From Dehalococcoidia bacterium (GTDB lineage: Bacteria > Chloroflexota > Dehalococcoidia > Dehalococcoidales > JAUVZA01): 43,795 bases of DNA. Position numbers and translations under genes: made by a program. Of this stretch, positions 18,652 to 28,846 are shown piece by piece; positions within the stretch are counted from its first letter, which is position 1, and each line of letters begins with the position of its first letter. The stretch covers positions 1 to 43,795 of the forward strand of contig JAUVZA010000003.1 of NCBI GenBank assembly GCA_030602805.1, written 5' to 3'. Under the pieces are notes generated by a model, which saw only the letters and a list, made by a program, of their open reading frames with translations, was not told where the DNA came from and searched no databases.

Positions 18652-18893
18652 ACAACCTGATAGCAACAATGGGATCTCTTTACAGAACAGTATTTTGAAA
18701 AGTATAGCGAGGCTTACACTGCTAACATCCCAGCCAGCTCACGCAAAGCGGTTATTTGGTACCCAACAATAAGATGAATTGTACAAGGTATTAACGTGTT
18801 TTTCTATGATGGAAATTTCAGTTGGAGGTGAAGAGCCAAAGAAACCTGTTGTCTCATTTATGTCTGCAAGGCACCTTTTAATCCCCGCCGGAA

Positions 18894-20063
18894 TCACACA
18901 TTGCCAATTTGTTTTTTCAGCCTATCCGCCATTAGACCTATATTTAGATCAGGCACCCCTAACCGACCAAAATACCGAGTAAAACGAGCGATCAGCGCTT
19001 CAGCATAAGGGCTATCTAAAGATGCAATGCGTTCTAATTTTCCCTGCTCTTTTAGCGAATTGAATTCGTCTAAAGTAATAGCCATTAGTTGTTGAAAGTC
19101 AACGACCATATCCGGCAGGTCTATTACGCCTGGGAGAAACTTAAATCTTTCTGGTTGCTTGCCTTCTCTGTTGTCATTTAGTAGGCTCTTGATTTTTCCT
19201 TTCGCTTTTTGATCCCCTGGATTTTGTGCCAATTCAACATATTCTGGTTGTTCACTTAGGAGCGAACAACGAGCAAATAACATCCACTCCGCTTTCCCCT
19301 TGTCGATGTCACATGACGGCGTCAGCAAGACGGTATATTCAATTTGGTCATCAATTGTCTTGGAAAATATATCACCTGTCGTAGGCTCTGCGCTTATCGA
19401 TGGAATTATGTAATACATCATTGGATGCACATTATCTTCGCCGCACCAAACTCCCGTTGTGTCGCCTAATTCTTCTGCTAATTGTTGTATTCCCGGACCA
19501 TCTAAAGATTTTGCTAGTCGCCTCGCCAGCAAATAGGCAAGTGAGGTGCGGTCAGGGGTGTCACCGAATTTCTCCCAATTGCGAGCTACAAAGTCCCACA
19601 TGTAGTCACGCTGTACTTCCTTCACGTGTCTTAAAAGTGCTCGATTCACTAGCGGTATTCTAGTTGAGAGAATTTCCTTTACTATCGATACAACTTTTGG
19701 TAATCCTTCCGTATTTTCAAGAACTTGTATTAACGGTGTTTCCAAATGTCTGACCTTTTGCGGTAGACCAGTGTAGAATATAACAGGTATAAAACATCTG
19801 GCTTTGATCGATTCAAGTACTTTTATGCCTTCCTCTTCTTCTCGTTCTTCTTCATGTGGTCCAAGTCTTACATCTAAAACGACAAAGTCAAAGTGACCGG
19901 ATTCCAATCTATCCAATGCCTTATCAAAGTCAACTTCTGTAGTGACTCTCAATTTCTCACCCGGCTCTGAAACAACTTGTTCATTCAGGTATTTGTCCGC
20001 CAGCTCACAGTTCTCAGCATTATCGTCAACAAATAACAGATACCAGTAATTTTCTTCCGCCAC
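18894..20063 (-). CDS. response-regulator receiver fused to an unknown C-terminal domain
   Basis: LLFVDDN, VVLDVRL, FYTG; C-terminal GDIF..VLLTPSCD and RYFGRLG. Confidence 0.8.
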   Translation of the reverse strand: MAEENYWYLLFVDDNAENCELADKYLNEQVVSEPGEKLRVTTEVDFDKALDRLESGHFDFVVLDVRLGPHEEEREEEEGIKVLESIKARCFIPVIFYTGLPQKVRHLETPLIQVLENTEGLPKVVSIVKEILSTRIPLVNRALLRHVKEVQRDYMWDFVARNWEKFGDTPDRTSLAYLLARRLAKSLDGPGIQQLAEELGDTTGVWCGEDNVHPMMYYIIPSISAEPTTGDIFSKTIDDQIEYTVLLTPSCDIDKGKAEWMLFARCSLLSEQPEYVELAQNPGDQKAKGKIKSLLNDNREGKQPERFKFLPGVIDLPDMVVDFQQLMAITLDEFNSLKEQGKLERIASLDSPYAEALIARFTRYFGRLGVPDLNIGLMADRLKKQIGNV

Positions 20064-20064
20064 T

Positions 20065-22236
20065 TCATATTCTCCTGCGAAGAATAATCCTAAATGTTGT
20101 TCCAGGTAATGGGCCTTCTTTTATCAATGCCATAGTTCCGTCATAATAATCGCTAACTATTTCTCCGGCAATTGTCAATCCCAACCCGATTCCATTGGGC
20201 TTGGTTGAGAAATATGGATCAAAAATCATATCTTGATATTCTTCTTCAATGCCAGGCCCACTGTCTGAAAAAATTATCTCCAGTTCATATTCTTCTTTCC
20301 TGTTTATCTTAACGGTGATGAATCTTGAATCCTTCGGAACCTGCTTAAGCCAGTAAAGACTGTTGTTCAATAAGTTAACAATAACTTCTTGTATTTCAGC
20401 CTGATCTACAGTCACCTCTGTATATGTCGATGGCAGATCGACTTCTGCTCCCACCTGTTCAATTTCTTTTTCTAATACGGAGAAAGCGTTATAAATTACA
20501 TTCTCTAATGATATCCTCTCAGGTCTCCCGCGCCGGCGACCCCCAAAGGGTTCTATTTTACGGAATAGCGTCGCCAGTACGTCTGACTGAGTTGATATTG
20601 CTTTGAAGTGACCCCTCAATTGCCTTACTATTTTCTTACCGTTCTCATATATTTGATTAATATCTTGCCTTGCTACATGTGTAACATTAATAATCTTAGA
20701 AAGAGGTAATCGACCCTCGTGAAGCACAGTATCAATCAACATACCAAGAGTTGCCAACCTCCGATATCTAGAGATAATCTCTTCTGCTTCCCCAACCCTT
20801 TTTTCTAAATCTTTTTCCTTTTTCTTTACCGCGTCTAAGAGTTCTGTATCTCTGGGATGCTTTGTCGTTACGTATTCCCTAATGCTTGCCAGATTAAAGT
20901 CTACGAAGAGACCCCTCTCTGCCATTTTCTTTTTCTTAGGTCTTTCCTGCCATCTTCTGTTTTCCAATAACGCGATCATTAACGTGACCAGATATTTGAA
21001 ATCCTCGAATGCTTCCCCTTCCATAAGGCCTTCTCTGTTGCTCTGGTCACGTAATAATGGATTATCTTTAGATGTAACAAATATAGAACCAATTATTTGG
21101 TTATTAGAGAGATTTCTTGTAGGACGTAGAAAACGCCTGTAATCAAGTCGTAGCCAGTCTTCACGTGGTTGCCCGTATGGCAATACTCTAAAACCATCCC
21201 GGTATATACTTATTCCTGATGCAAAATCTAGATAGCGACGTATCTCAGCAACGGTGAATTCATTTCCTGACACTGCGTTCAAAGATGCTATATCGCGGTT
21301 CCAGACACGAAGCTCTATTTCAAAAGGACCACATTTTGGCAACCTCCCATCACCCATGGAGAAATGCCCCTCTTTTTTCTCTTCTATCCCCTTTTCCCTG
21401 AATTGCAGTGATAGATTATAATTACCTTTCGCGTCTACCTCTCCCCTTAATATGTAATGGGGTCTCTTGACTATTTCTGGTGGTTTAATTGTTTCAGAAT
21501 ATTCTTGAAAAGCTTCAGGCAGTTTTAGAAATATTTGAAAATCTTCCTTTAACGTATAATCCAATTCACCGAATGATGGTGAGATTAGTCTTGACAATCC
21601 ATTCTGTAAACTTTCAAATTGTGGTTTACCCCAGGCCGTCTTTAGCCCTCGCATTCTTAATATAGTACCGTAATCTAATTCATTCTTATCCAACTTCTTT
21701 GATTTATCCCATAATCCCTCAATAACACCACCGGGATATATTTCCTTTGGTTTACTCTGTTCCCACATAACCTCTATCTGGTCAAGGAATTTTTCTTCAT
21801 CATCAAACTGATTCCAATCGAATGTGACCCTTGTTTCACTATCCGTGCCAGATCGTCTGGTTATTACTTCCAGTTTTTCAGCTAATCTTGATGAAGCAAA
21901 TCTGCCGATTCCTTTTTCACCAAGTACACGGCGACTGAACTTCTCACTAAACCTGCTCCTTTTCCTCATTAATGTTGCTGGTTCCATCCAGGTTGTTCTG
22001 ATAGTTTCTAAATCCATACCATGGCCGTTGTCTATTACCTCTATCATACCCTTACCGATTTCAAGAGGCTCATGAAAGTAGACCCAGACTCGTGTGGCAT
22101 CTGCGTCATACGCGTTTTTAACTAGCTCAATTACGGCGACTGTCTCACTACTGATAAGTTCATCGCCAAAAGTACGTAAGAGCCTCGCCCTCGGCCTTAA
22201 TTTACTTACCCCTGAACCCTTTTCTATATCTGCCAT
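20065..22236 (-). CDS. MORC/GHKL ATPase fused to a histidine kinase
   Basis: N-terminal ELVKNAYDADA, DNGHGM, GEKGIGRF; C-terminal H box LHEGRLP, N box NLLNNS, DSGPGI, FSTK, GIGLGL. Confidence 0.9.
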   Translation of the reverse strand: MADIEKGSGVSKLRPRARLLRTFGDELISSETVAVIELVKNAYDADATRVWVYFHEPLEIGKGMIEVIDNGHGMDLETIRTTWMEPATLMRKRSRFSEKFSRRVLGEKGIGRFASSRLAEKLEVITRRSGTDSETRVTFDWNQFDDEEKFLDQIEVMWEQSKPKEIYPGGVIEGLWDKSKKLDKNELDYGTILRMRGLKTAWGKPQFESLQNGLSRLISPSFGELDYTLKEDFQIFLKLPEAFQEYSETIKPPEIVKRPHYILRGEVDAKGNYNLSLQFREKGIEEKKEGHFSMGDGRLPKCGPFEIELRVWNRDIASLNAVSGNEFTVAEIRRYLDFASGISIYRDGFRVLPYGQPREDWLRLDYRRFLRPTRNLSNNQIIGSIFVTSKDNPLLRDQSNREGLMEGEAFEDFKYLVTLMIALLENRRWQERPKKKKMAERGLFVDFNLASIREYVTTKHPRDTELLDAVKKKEKDLEKRVGEAEEIISRYRRLATLGMLIDTVLHEGRLPLSKIINVTHVARQDINQIYENGKKIVRQLRGHFKAISTQSDVLATLFRKIEPFGGRRRGRPERISLENVIYNAFSVLEKEIEQVGAEVDLPSTYTEVTVDQAEIQEVIVNLLNNSLYWLKQVPKDSRFITVKINRKEEYELEIIFSDSGPGIEEEYQDMIFDPYFSTKPNGIGLGLTIAGEIVSDYYDGTMALIKEGPLPGTTFRIILRRRI

Positions 22237-22271
22237 TACGCTACCCCGACGATTGTTTTCCCTCGTTTTAT

Positions 22272-22922
22272 TTATCTTTCAGTATTGTATGAACAAATAT
22301 TACTTAAAGGACATTCATTACATTTTGGCTCTTCTTTTTTTGTACATACCTGATCGGCCAAATCTAGAAGTGCAGAATTATAAACCCCTGGTTCCTCAGG
22401 ATCAACGAGTTCAGCTGCCAGTTCTTTGAATTTAGAATTACGCCTTAAAGAATCTTTTATTTCCATGTTATATATGCGACCAATTACCCTTACCGTATTT
22501 GTGTCTCTCAAAGGTTCTGCCATATTCCATGCAAAGCATCTAACACTACACGCGATATAATCGCTAATACCTGGTAGAGACAACAGCTCACTCTTATCCT
22601 TAGGAATTTTAGATCCATACTTATTTACGAGCATCTCTGCCATATCCTTGATAAGGTTAACACGCCATTTAAGACCCAGTGTAAATAATCCCTTATGCAA
22701 TTCAGATTTGCTGGCTCTTGCTAGGGTCTTTATGTCAGGATATTTTCTAATAAAACTTTCGTATATTCTAGCTACCTGTACAGCCTGTGTACGGTGTAGC
22801 ATTATCTCTGCCAATAGAACTTTATAGGGTTCCTGAGTCCTCCTCCATGGGAAGTCGCGGTAATTTCCTCTCCCCCATTTCTTGACCTTCGTCCGATATT
22901 CCCCTATCTTTGTCGCATCCAT
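22272..22922 (-). CDS. HhH-GPD DNA glycosylase with 4Fe-4S loop (Mig/MutY-like, probable T:G mismatch glycosylase)
   Basis: FPWRRT..PYKVLLAEIMLHRT, LPGISDY, DTN, C-x7-C-x2-C-x5-C; adjacent to a C5-MTase. Confidence 0.85.
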   Translation of the reverse strand: MDATKIGEYRTKVKKWGRGNYRDFPWRRTQEPYKVLLAEIMLHRTQAVQVARIYESFIRKYPDIKTLARASKSELHKGLFTLGLKWRVNLIKDMAEMLVNKYGSKIPKDKSELLSLPGISDYIACSVRCFAWNMAEPLRDTNTVRVIGRIYNMEIKDSLRRNSKFKELAAELVDPEEPGVYNSALLDLADQVCTKKEEPKCNECPLSNICSYNTER

Positions 22923-22923
22923 G

Positions 22924-23880
22924 TTATCGATCCACTTTACTAATTGCTCTAACTATAGATTTCATTACTGGCGGACAAACCGCATTTCCCATTAGCTTCA
23001 CTTTTTCCCGTCGTGTACCTACCTCCAATCGGTACGTTGTAGGGAAACCCATAGCTACTTTTAATTCTTCCGGTTGAAGCATCCTCATCATATAACCCAT
23101 ATCAGTGGGTTTTACAAACGCAAATCTATCAATAGTGGTAACAGTTCTAAGAGGCCTATCAATGGGTTGCCATCCTCCACTCCCATCCGTACCATAGTAA
23201 ACAATCAAGAATGATTCTTCTGCTCCTAGAGAACTGATAGCCCTTTCTGCACGTTGAATTGTGGCTACAGCTCTTTTCGGAGAATACAGAGGCGTATAGC
23301 CATAATTACCATTTAGGTCGATAATTGAACAGGCCGGTTGTAACTCTTTTCTTTGTTTCTTCACGCAACCGATCTCCCCTATCCGTGAACAGAGTAAAAA
23401 AAGCCTTCTTCTTGATTGTGGCACACCAAAGTCTTGAGCATTTAATATCTCTTCCCGCACATAGTAGCCTAAATTCTGTAGCTCTTCTACCAGTTCCCAG
23501 TGTCTATCCCATGACCTCATTTGTATTACGTTTTCAATAACAACCCATCTGGGCATAAATTCCTTGGTGAATCTTATTACTTGAAATGCCGTCATTTTAC
23601 TATTTTCACATCTGGCACGTGCACCTCTTGCACAACTATGATTTGTGCATTCCGGCGAAGCAAGTATTAGATCAATATCTCCAATAACTTCATGAAGCCT
23701 CTTTGGAGATATCTTTCTGATATTCTCATTAATCATTTCCGTTCCAGGGAAATTTCTAGAATAGGATAAAGACGCGATATTCCAATTATCAATTGCGGCG
23801 ACTATTTTAGCGCCAGCCATTTTTGCCCCGATACTACTCCCGCCGGCACCATGAAATAAATCCAGAGCCCTAATCCTCAT
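22924..23880 (-). CDS. DNA cytosine-5 methyltransferase
   Basis: DLFHGAGG, SPEC (PxC variant), ENV, QSRRR, MGNAVCP. Confidence 0.93.
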   Translation of the reverse strand: MRIRALDLFHGAGGSSIGAKMAGAKIVAAIDNWNIASLSYSRNFPGTEMINENIRKISPKRLHEVIGDIDLILASPECTNHSCARGARARCENSKMTAFQVIRFTKEFMPRWVVIENVIQMRSWDRHWELVEELQNLGYYVREEILNAQDFGVPQSRRRLFLLCSRIGEIGCVKKQRKELQPACSIIDLNGNYGYTPLYSPKRAVATIQRAERAISSLGAEESFLIVYYGTDGSGGWQPIDRPLRTVTTIDRFAFVKPTDMGYMMRMLQPEELKVAMGFPTTYRLEVGTRREKVKLMGNAVCPPVMKSIVRAISKVDR

Positions 23881-24370
23881 AAGACGGTTCCTTATTGAAG
23901 ATCAATTCTGCCATTTCTAAATTCTTTTTGCTTAGCGGCAAATACCAAGCATTCATCCTTCTATCCCATGCCCTTATCCTGACAAAGTCACCCCAAGGAT
24001 ATCTATAAATGGCGAATAACCGGTAATTTGCATCTAGCTTGGCCACGACGAGGTATTCGAATAATTGTTTATCCCTATCCTTTTCGTCCGGATAGACTGT
24101 CCCGGTCTTTTTCGCTTTCATAACGGTTTTTATCGAATATCTCTCCCCATCCCTCGACAGTGCATCAACATTCTTTGCACCAACTGGTGCTTGAAGCAGA
24201 TTCGGCAGTCCAGGTTTTGAATTGAAGAACGATATCACGAGCTTTTCACCAACTTCTCCCACCTTAAACAAGATACCACGCCTATTCAATTCTGTTTCTA
24301 TGTTAGCTCTTAAGATCACCAATTCATCGTTATTTAACTTTCTTAGATCAGCAAATGGGCCTCTGTTCAT
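23870..24370 (-). CDS. putative PD-(D/E)XK endonuclease
   Basis: GEVGE...NVDA....RYSIK motif; overlaps the MTase start; start assumed at ATG 24370. Confidence 0.55.
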   Translation of the reverse strand: MNRGPFADLRKLNNDELVILRANIETELNRRGILFKVGEVGEKLVISFFNSKPGLPNLLQAPVGAKNVDALSRDGERYSIKTVMKAKKTGTVYPDEKDRDKQLFEYLVVAKLDANYRLFAIYRYPWGDFVRIRAWDRRMNAWYLPLSKKNLEMAELIFNKEPSYED

Positions 24371-24395
24371 TTCTCTATCACTGCTACTTCTAAAT

Positions 24396-24650
24396 TTAAT
24401 GGCCATGTGGATTAGCTTCTTGGCTGCTTCTGGCTGTATCCCCCGTAAGCTCGTAGTGCCATCCATGATCGTCATGCACTGAGCGAATCTTATAACCGCG
24501 TCGTTTTAGTTCCGCAACAATACGTTGCGCCGTTGGACGTGACACATCTAAAGCAATCGCAAGCTTTCGTGTATTCATAGGACTGCTAGCAATCAGCTCA
24601 CCTGCTTTGCTAATACGTTGTTCGATGCGATGAGTGCGTTCGTATGGCAT
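24396..24650 (-). CDS. HTH_11-type winged-helix regulator (controller-like)
   Basis: KLAIALDVSRPTAQRIVAELKRRGYKI; first gene of the operon. Confidence 0.8.
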   Translation of the reverse strand: MPYERTHRIEQRISKAGELIASSPMNTRKLAIALDVSRPTAQRIVAELKRRGYKIRSVHDDHGWHYELTGDTARSSQEANPHGH

Positions 24651-24678
24651 CCTTTTTTGCCCTCATACTTTTGACACA

Positions 24679-24725
24679 ATTATAACCAGAATCATTGATA
24701 TATGTCAATCAACTTGTGATATAAT
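24679..24725. promoter_or_regulatory. overlapping divergent sigma70 promoters
   Basis: Minus strand TTGACA (24708-24703)-18 bp-TATAAT (24684-24679); plus strand extended -10 TGaTATAAT (24717-24725). Confidence 0.65.
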
Positions 24726-24907
24726 TTACTCAATTAGCGATGGGGTTTTGGTCAGTTATAAGAAAGCGACCTACTTTATAGGGTGCCTTTCTTTTTTAAA
24801 CTTAAATCGCACAAAATGACGGAATGTTACCCTCCTTGTTCTCATTCTAATCCGGCTGATGTATAATATGACTGACTCGATAAAGTAGCGAAGGCTGGGA
24901 AGCACAC

Positions 24908-26821
24908 ATGGCAAAAGGAAAGCAGGGAGGCTTGGGTGACGAGCTGTTAGGCACAAGATTCGGTGAGTTGCGTGATGCCTCCGGTCCAACTAAAGGTGAA
25001 TTTGTCCCACCACCTGATGTATCCAGCACAGAGGAAATAGAAGAAGCTCTTCCTGAGCAAGAAGAGTTCTGGCGCCCCCCAGCTCGTTTTGGAACAGTAC
25101 CCGTAGAAGCAAACCCGTTGGGCTGGGATTCACGCCGTGGATATTATAAGCTATACCCACAAGTAATGCTGCCTACTCAGGTTGTGGAGCGTGTTAGCTT
25201 TGGACATCCTGCGCTAGAGCCTAACCGCCTCTTCTGGGGAGACAACCTTCATGTAATGCGCCAACTTCCCTCCCAAAGTATTGACCTCATCTATATAGAC
25301 CCTCCATTCTTCTCCGGTATGCAATATAATGTTATTTTCGGCGACCAGAATGAGTTACGTTCTTTTAGTGATATTTGGGAAGGGGGGATGCCAGGTTATC
25401 TAATCTGGCTGAATGCCAGACTATATGAAATGAAACGTCTGTTGAAGAAAACCGGTTCCATCTATATCCATCTAGATTGGCACGCCTCCCATTACGTTAA
25501 GCAAGAGATGGATAAAATATTCGGATATGGCAATTTTAGAAATGAGGTTGTGTGGACATACACTAGACCCGGAACAGCAGCACAGAAGCAGTTGCCCAGA
25601 ACACATGATGTTATTCTTTGGTATTCGAAAAGCAACGTATGGAAGTTTAACACCCAGCATATACGCATTCCGTATGCGGATTCGACCGTATCCAGGGGAC
25701 AATACTCTATTGCTACGAGTAAAGTCACTAAGGGCATCGAAAAGAGGGTACTGAATGAGAAGGGCAAAGTTCCGGAAGATTGGTGGCATATTCCGATGAT
25801 ACAAGGCAATGCAAGGGAGCGGCTTGGTTACCCTACTCAGAAACCAGAGGCTCTACTTGAAAGAATCATTCACGCATCATCAGAAGAAGGGCACGTCATT
25901 GCTGACTTTTTCTGTGGTGGAGGCACGACTCCTGCGGTAGCTCAAAGATTGGGCCGCCACTGGATAGCTTGTGACCAGTCCCGTGTTGCAGTCGCCATTA
26001 CTGCTGACAGGATATCCGGTATAGTTGAACAGATGCCTCTAGAGCAGGCCGGTAAGACATTTACCGTCCCAGACTTCACCGTTGAGCACTGGGGCATATA
26101 CGAAGCAAAGCGGCTCTCGGAGACCCCGCCAGACCAGTTTCGTCAATTCGTCCTTCGCGCCTATGGAGCAGTGCCTGATAACTCCGAGCTAGGCATCCAC
26201 GGGCATAAGGGTGCTATCCCAGTATGGGTTGGCGAGCCTTCTCAGAAATCGCAGGTTTCCGCGCAAGATGTAGTGAACTTTGCTAACGCCGTGCGTAAGA
26301 CGGTTCGCTACCAACAGGATAATCTCCGTGACGGCACTATGCTTGCTTGGGCCTTCCGCCCCGATGCAATGCAGGCAGCACAGCAACTCCGTGAACAGGA
26401 AGCCACCGACCTGAACTTTATCCGCCTTGATATGGTTCGTATTGACTCCCCCACGTTCCGTGAACATGTCAACGTTCTCTCCACTGACAAGGCGGACTAT
26501 AGCACCTTTCTGACATTCGTACTGCCACCGAGAGTTGAGGTTGGCTGGAAAAAGCTGACCGGGCTAACGTACCGCTTTGATGTAAGCGAAACTATTGTGC
26601 TGAATGCTGGTAGCAAAATAATCAATGTCCAGTGGGACTTCAACTACCAGGGTGTATTCACCAGTACCCAGGGCTTTTCTTTCATTCGCACTACTTCGAA
26701 AGAGCCTACCCTACAGGTTGATTATACTTTCCCAACGTCAGGACGCTATCACATCGCCTGTAAAGTGCAGGATGATGTTGGGGGTGAGGGGTTATGGACA
26801 GGGTATATAGAGGTCAAGTAG
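24908..26821 (+). CDS. Type III Mod-like amino-methyltransferase with C-terminal PKD-like domain
   Basis: IYIDPPF, YPTQKPEALLERII, DFFCGGGTT (beta-class order); C-terminal WDF...YTFPTSGRYHIACKV. Confidence 0.9.
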   Translation: MAKGKQGGLGDELLGTRFGELRDASGPTKGEFVPPPDVSSTEEIEEALPEQEEFWRPPARFGTVPVEANPLGWDSRRGYYKLYPQVMLPTQVVERVSFGHPALEPNRLFWGDNLHVMRQLPSQSIDLIYIDPPFFSGMQYNVIFGDQNELRSFSDIWEGGMPGYLIWLNARLYEMKRLLKKTGSIYIHLDWHASHYVKQEMDKIFGYGNFRNEVVWTYTRPGTAAQKQLPRTHDVILWYSKSNVWKFNTQHIRIPYADSTVSRGQYSIATSKVTKGIEKRVLNEKGKVPEDWWHIPMIQGNARERLGYPTQKPEALLERIIHASSEEGHVIADFFCGGGTTPAVAQRLGRHWIACDQSRVAVAITADRISGIVEQMPLEQAGKTFTVPDFTVEHWGIYEAKRLSETPPDQFRQFVLRAYGAVPDNSELGIHGHKGAIPVWVGEPSQKSQVSAQDVVNFANAVRKTVRYQQDNLRDGTMLAWAFRPDAMQAAQQLREQEATDLNFIRLDMVRIDSPTFREHVNVLSTDKADYSTFLTFVLPPRVEVGWKKLTGLTYRFDVSETIVLNAGSKIINVQWDFNYQGVFTSTQGFSFIRTTSKEPTLQVDYTFPTSGRYHIACKVQDDVGGEGLWTGYIEVK

Positions 26822-26824
26822 CCA

Positions 26825-28846
26825 ATGTTCAACGAATTTGCCAGATATGAAGAAGATTTCAAGGCGTGGTGCCAGGACGGTTACCCTACCGACTTTGCCA
26901 CCACATATCGCTACATTGATTTCCTCAGTGACCCAACTAATGACCAAGCACCGCGAGAGGGCACCTTATGGCTCCATCAGTGGGAGGCCTTCCTCAGAGT
27001 TGTTTATTCCTATGAGGTGTTGGGGAAGAAGACTATTGGAGAGCATGGTCTGCTGCTGAACATTGTGACCGGTGGTGGTAAAACAGCAGACATTGCTGCC
27101 ATTATAGCCTGGTTACGCATCTCTCATGGGGGGCAAAAATTTCTAATGCTTTGCCCCAATCTCATCGTGCGCGACCGCTTAGAAGAAGATTTTGAAAAAG
27201 GTAAGGTATTCAAAGACCGAGACCTGTTGCCAGATTGGTCAAATGCTCGACCCCAGGATTTTGATCTGACTACTCTTGGTGGCGGCAAAAGCAGTGGTTG
27301 GGCAAGTTTCTTGGGTGCCAGTATAGTTCTTGGCAATATCCATCAGTTCTACCAAAGCAATATAGCAGGTAGGAGTAATTTGTCAGCGCTTATGAATGGG
27401 CCAGATTTTGTCCTGTTCAACGATGAAGCCCACAATTCCCCAGCGGAAGAGTACACAACCACACTGCAGCGTATCGAAAAGAAGGTGTTGCTACGTATAG
27501 ACACTACGGCTACACCCGACCGTGCTGATGGTAGAGCCCCTGACAGCGACATGATCTACGAATATGACGTCAATGATGCCTTGGCAGATGGTCTTATCGC
27601 GACGCCGGTAGTTTATCAGCCAGACATCAAGACTGTAGAGCTCACCTATACCGATGCCCTGACTGGAGTCACTAAAAGAGTCGAAGAGATTGATTGGGAG
27701 GAGGTCGATCGCAAGGGTCTCAGTGCTACACAGTGGGTAACCGATGACAAACCAATGCGTCAGCAGATGGCAATCGCCCTTAAGCGTCTTCAAGAGCAGG
27801 AGATGAGGGCAAAGGGGCGTTACCAACCCATCCTGTTCGTCGTTGCCGTATGCAAGAAGGATGCGATAAAAGCGGAAAATACACTCTCCAAAATCTTTAA
27901 GGTCAAAACATTGCTAGTGACTGAGGACAGCCCCGAAGTGGATAGAAAGAGTGCACGTGAGTTGGGGCGTCAGCAGAAGACAAAAGACCCATTTAAGGCA
28001 GTAGTTAGCGTCCTTATGTTACGGGAAGGCTGGGACGTTCCAGAGGTGGGCGTTATCCTGCTCCTTCGTAAATTTAGCAGTAAGGTATACGGCCAACAAG
28101 TTGTTGGGCGTGGGCTGCGCCGAGTTCGTACCAAAGGCATATTACCTGAAGAGCCACAGATTTGTGCCGTCGTTGATCACCCCAAGCTGGAGCATTACTG
28201 GTTATGGGATATTTTTAATTGTAAGATCCGTCCAAATGTTACTACGGAGCAGATGTTTGACGAGGCTGAAGATTTACCACCACCGCCACCACGACAGGAT
28301 ATTTCTCGTCCCGAGTTTGTGATTGATGTTCCGAAAGAAATTGAAGGGCTTGTCGATGAAGGTGAATTTGAAGTGGGCGAGATTGAGCTAACCGAGCCCA
28401 TTGAGAATTGGGAAGAAGTACTTGCATCTCTTGAGTATAGTGGAGAGACAGTCGAGATAACCGACCAAAAAATTACAGGAGTTACCGGCAAGGAGTTAAT
28501 CCCCAAGGGGTGGAAGACAATTCACAGTGCCCCGGACTTGCCGCCGAAAGACAATGGTACACAAGTAGAAGATACTGATGATAACATGCGGGAAGCCATA
28601 AAGAACCGGGTACTGGAGCTTGCTGAGGAACTGTGTGTTAATTCCGGTTATGCTGCGGGTTTTCGTGGTGAAGTGTACAGTGCTCTGATGCAGCACGTCA
28701 GGGGAAAATTCCTTGACAACATGACTCTAGGTCTAGCTGACCGGCGTGGTCTCGATTATGCCTGGAAGATGTTGTACCAAGTGAAAGTTAAGGTTACTGC
28801 AGTACCGGGACTTGTCGGAGGGATAATAGAATATGCCAATAAGTAA
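26825..28846 (+). CDS. Type III Res-like SF2 helicase/ATPase
   Basis: VTGGGKT, DEAH, TATP, MLREGWDV, QVVGRGLR; no obvious C-terminal nuclease motif. Confidence 0.88.
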   Translation: MFNEFARYEEDFKAWCQDGYPTDFATTYRYIDFLSDPTNDQAPREGTLWLHQWEAFLRVVYSYEVLGKKTIGEHGLLLNIVTGGGKTADIAAIIAWLRISHGGQKFLMLCPNLIVRDRLEEDFEKGKVFKDRDLLPDWSNARPQDFDLTTLGGGKSSGWASFLGASIVLGNIHQFYQSNIAGRSNLSALMNGPDFVLFNDEAHNSPAEEYTTTLQRIEKKVLLRIDTTATPDRADGRAPDSDMIYEYDVNDALADGLIATPVVYQPDIKTVELTYTDALTGVTKRVEEIDWEEVDRKGLSATQWVTDDKPMRQQMAIALKRLQEQEMRAKGRYQPILFVVAVCKKDAIKAENTLSKIFKVKTLLVTEDSPEVDRKSARELGRQQKTKDPFKAVVSVLMLREGWDVPEVGVILLLRKFSSKVYGQQVVGRGLRRVRTKGILPEEPQICAVVDHPKLEHYWLWDIFNCKIRPNVTTEQMFDEAEDLPPPPPRQDISRPEFVIDVPKEIEGLVDEGEFEVGEIELTEPIENWEEVLASLEYSGETVEITDQKITGVTGKELIPKGWKTIHSAPDLPPKDNGTQVEDTDDNMREAIKNRVLELAEELCVNSGYAAGFRGEVYSALMQHVRGKFLDNMTLGLADRRGLDYAWKMLYQVKVKVTAVPGLVGGIIEYANK

